The position numbers and the translations under genes were made by a program. Below the pieces are notes generated by a model that worked only from the letters and a program-made list of their open reading frames with translations, had not been told where the DNA came from and made no database searches. 64,000 bases of DNA from the human T2T-CHM13v2.0 reference genome, Homo sapiens. Shown here piece by piece: positions 60,247 through 64,000 of the stretch (its first letter is position 1; the number at the start of each line of letters is the position of its first letter). The stretch lies in assembly GCF_009914755.1 (NCBI RefSeq), contig NC_060930.1. One strand, written 5' to 3'.

Positions 60247-63200
60247 TAAGTATTTTTGCCTCGTTATCTCTTTTTATACTTTGCATATATATACCATTTT
60301 TGGCTTGCCATTTTTCAAGAAAACATTTTCACAGCTAGATGAGATTTTTAAAATATATATTTGAAGCTGGTTAAAAACAACTACAATCTGAGAAAGACCT
60401 CTTATTGACTAAAGTGGAGCTTAAAAAGGGAGAGGAGGATTTGGTTTTTCTCCAAATGCCTAGAAATGTAAGTGATGCTTATTTTTAATCTATCACAATC
60501 CTGTATCTAAGACCTTCCTTGGACATCTATGATAAATCAAAATATCTTTATCATGACAAGAACAGTGATATACACCCGGGTGGAATCTTGATTTCATGAG
60601 TATGTATTTGACATAATTTATTACGAAAAAGTGAATTAAAACTTTGTGTTACAAGTCTTTCCATCTAAATTAGACCCCAAGATCAAGAGATTTGGTGTTT
60701 GTCTTCCTTACATCTGCCATTGGTAGCCCCAACTTTCCAGAGAAAAAGCAACAACTGTTAGAAATGTTATAGATATACCAAGGGTATGCTAAATCAACCA
60801 GTGATGTATGTTGTGAAAGTGACAAGCTTTTGATCAAGATAGAAAACAAGATAAAAACTATGAGTGTTTTAGGATGAGGCATCTTCTCATTAAAGTTCAG
60901 TTACATTGTCTCTGCCCAGCTTTTTTACTGCTACTGACATTGGCATAGTTTATAGCACTTGGTATGCAAACCTCACCCTCCTTCAGTTATTCAATGTTGT
61001 GTCCTTGCTGTGTTCTCTGAAATTCTGATTATTTAAAAATGATTTGAAAATGAAGGTCTCCTATCTTCCTGGCAATCTCTCAATGGCTATTCATATCTAG
61101 CACCCTCTATCAAATGTTTTCCTCTGTTTCTCCACTCCTCCCCTCTTCTCTCACCTGGTTCAGAATTCATGGACAAGATTGCATGGGAAGCCATAGGCAT
61201 TCCAGGGTAAGGAGAAGCAGACTGGTTCCTCCCTACCTACACTGATGTCCAGACCTCAGTACTATGCTTCCCTCTAAAACAGACATTTCTGTTCTCAGAG
61301 CTCAGGAACACAGCAAAGATTAGGTACAGGCTGTGGATATTTCTCAGGTTGCCAAAAGCAAGAGATTCTGCTCTTTCTTGGGTTCAGATTTGCTGGAGAA
61401 CAGGAGTCCAAGCATGTGCTCCTCAGTGGTTGGTGTAAAGTCGGTGCCCACTAGGAGTTGAGGCAGATAGGTACCTTGAAGCCCAGAGAACAAACCAAAT
61501 CTCTCATTGACCTACCTAGTTTTTGTGTAGTTGCCCTTGGTAATTCCTTAGTCTTAGCTCTTGACAGAGTAAGGTGGGAAAGACCTCAGGTATCTCACTT
61601 GGGTCTGAGTTTTAAAGAAAGTAGAAACTACCCTCCCCACCCACCCCACAAGGCCAGTGCAGAGGCAATAGTATTAAATAGTAATTCCAAGAGAGTAATT
61701 CTAGAGAAAGGTGAAATGTCCAGCTGCCCAAACTACATGGAATGTTTACCTCTTATCTCCCACCTTGGAAGATCTGGTTTTTAATTTCATTCAGGAAGAC
61801 AGAAATTTTTGTGTACTCTCACACGTTTCACATCTCAATGCATTTTCTATATCGTGGACAAGTTCAAATGCATATCTATTAATGTTAACCTTGGAAAAAC
61901 CTGTTAACTCATCAACTGAGGTTCAGGCTTGAGTTGGAGCCTCAGGCAGGTTGGTTGTCTATTCTCTATTCTGTGGCTTCCAACTGCATCCCTAGCATCA
62001 GTGAGTCCCCAACCTCATTCAAAACTAGAATGATGGTGAACTCTGCTGTGTGTGGATCAGCACCTATGTATCACTACCCTTGATAAGTAACTCAAAAACA
62101 CATGCCTATTGATCATTTCCATAAGTAAAAGATAGGCATCAAAAACATTGTTGTTAAACAAAATGTACCAAGTTGGAAATTTTCTCCCAGCTCTGAGCAT
62201 CTCTCAATGAAGTGACGTATGCTGAACAAGTAAGTATATCACAAAATGTGACCTTTCGGGGCATCTTAGTAGTGAGAAAGAAGACAAACGTAAGAAAGGT
62301 TAGTAGTCCAGAGAAGAAAAGAAGAGAACTGAGAAACAGTAACAGTTGGAATTATTTTTGTGTGGTTGTTGTTCTTTCTGGTTATAACTTTCCTAATAGT
62401 CATAATACCAGGTGTAGATTTGGAACTCTGCATCCAAGTCTCTCTTGCTCTCTTAATATATTTCTGGAAATTAACATGCAGTATTTGATTATAACATGGT
62501 CAATATTTAGAGCCCATCATATGCAAAATATAACAGTGAAACATCAATACTAAATAGAAATGTCTGATAAAATTATAGGTACTTCATTTTTTGCCTTATA
62601 CTTTTCTGTCTTTTCCAAGTATTCTGCAATGAACAGTAACTCTCATAACTAGAATTTTTTTAACTGCCTGCTAATTAAAACAATGCCGTTTCAGATCTCC
62701 CAGAGTTTTTAACATGAGTGCTGCCTATTCCTGCTTCATTCCTTCTTTTTCTCTTCAAACAGCCAGTTTCAGAAATGAGATGTTCTGGTTTGATGGTAGG
62801 CCAGGATCAAATTAAACTACTCCTGAATTTCACAAGCCTAATATTTCAAATGAGAGATTTCAGCTCATTTGACATATTCTAACATACTTGTGCTTGATGA
62901 AGTGTTACTTATGTGAACCATTAGCTTGAATAATGTGTGAAAGCAAAATGACGGTTTTCTTAGGCAGTCACTAATTGTTCTTCCCTCAGTGCTTCTACAA
63001 ATGAACGTTGAGAGGCAGAGAGAAGGGTGTGGCAGGTGATGAAGGCTGTCCTTCTCTGGAGACCCAGCATAGGGTTTCTGCAGCAGTGCACGCAGTGTTG
63101 AGAATGCAATGCACAGAGATAGGTACCCAGCCATCCAGATCAGACCCAGTGCTCAATTAGAAGGAAGATTTTGCAGCCAAATGATCATCACATCCACACA

Positions 63201-64000
63201 AATACCATCTAGTGCTCAGTCTTGAGCCCTAGTATGTGAGACAGAGAAAATCTGTGGTGCTTGGGTGTGTCTGAACAGCTAGAACTCCACTGGGTTAGCC
63301 AACTCTACCGCCTAGTTATGGTTTCTATTTTTAAATTCTATATTCATACAGCTGACCTTTTTTTTTCCACTATGCTGGTTAATTTTAATGCTATCTTTAA
63401 AAGATGAGAGCTAATTGAGAGAAAAAGAGAGCAGACACAGATAACTTGGGCATCTCTCTGGCTTCAATCACTGCTCAATCTAATATAGTTCCCACCCTGG
63501 GTGTTCAGAGTCTCTTATTTGGAGTTAGACCCAGCTGGGGCTTGAAACTGGCTCCAGACATTCAGCAGCATTAGCAGATGGTGGAATCCTCGAGGAAGTA
63601 ATTCTACTGCGGGTTTTCTATTCCCTAACCAGGTCTTTTGAGCATAATGTGCTTTCTCACCAGCTCACTCAGCCTCCTCATTCTGTAACTAACCAGTCTC
63701 TCCTTAGCTCTACTCAAGGAATAAATTACAAAACAGAGATGGAGAGAAAAGACAGAGAGAGAAAGCGAGGAGAGAGAGGGGTCATGGTCCAGTATATTCC
63801 ATACATGCTAGTGGGAAGCCAGTATTTTTTTTTTTTTTTTTTTTTGCTTCCCAGTCATAAGGATTTCTTACTGCCCGCCCCTCCCACCCCCAAGTGCCAT
63901 TTTCCTATTTTTAGCTTTGTTTTTGTTTTAAGAAATCCTTCTCTTCAGTCTTATCTGGGGATTCTTAATTTCAAAACAATTGAAATCTTCACCAACCATC

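Overview
Primate (human-like) non-coding genomic DNA. I can support no intact protein-coding gene, tRNA, rRNA or CRISPR array, and most ORFs in the track are artefacts of Alus, LTRs and simple repeats. The window is dense in transposons: about 20 Alus (J, S and Y types, most with readable target-site duplications, TSDs), old L1/L2/MIR fragments, MaLR and ERV solo LTRs, and DNA-transposon relics. Three elements stand out. (1) A full-length processed pseudogene of cytosolic malate dehydrogenase MDH1 (46121-47399, +) that keeps a fossil of the stop-codon-readthrough peroxisomal extension (...AEESKCRL). (2) A ~750-bp almost pure-purine GAA/GAG tract (37744-38495) grown inside an AluJ tail and still bracketed by the Alu TSD, with internal higher-order repeats. 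(3) A CpG-rich solo LTR12C-like element (6599-7957, -) with a 37-bp triplication at its predicted start site. From memory only, and unverified, an MDH1 retrocopy (MDH1P2) lies near MYLIP on human 6p22.3, which may be this locus. Repeat subfamily names come from recalled consensus sequences and need RepeatMasker/Dfam confirmation. I found no convincing new multi-gene system.
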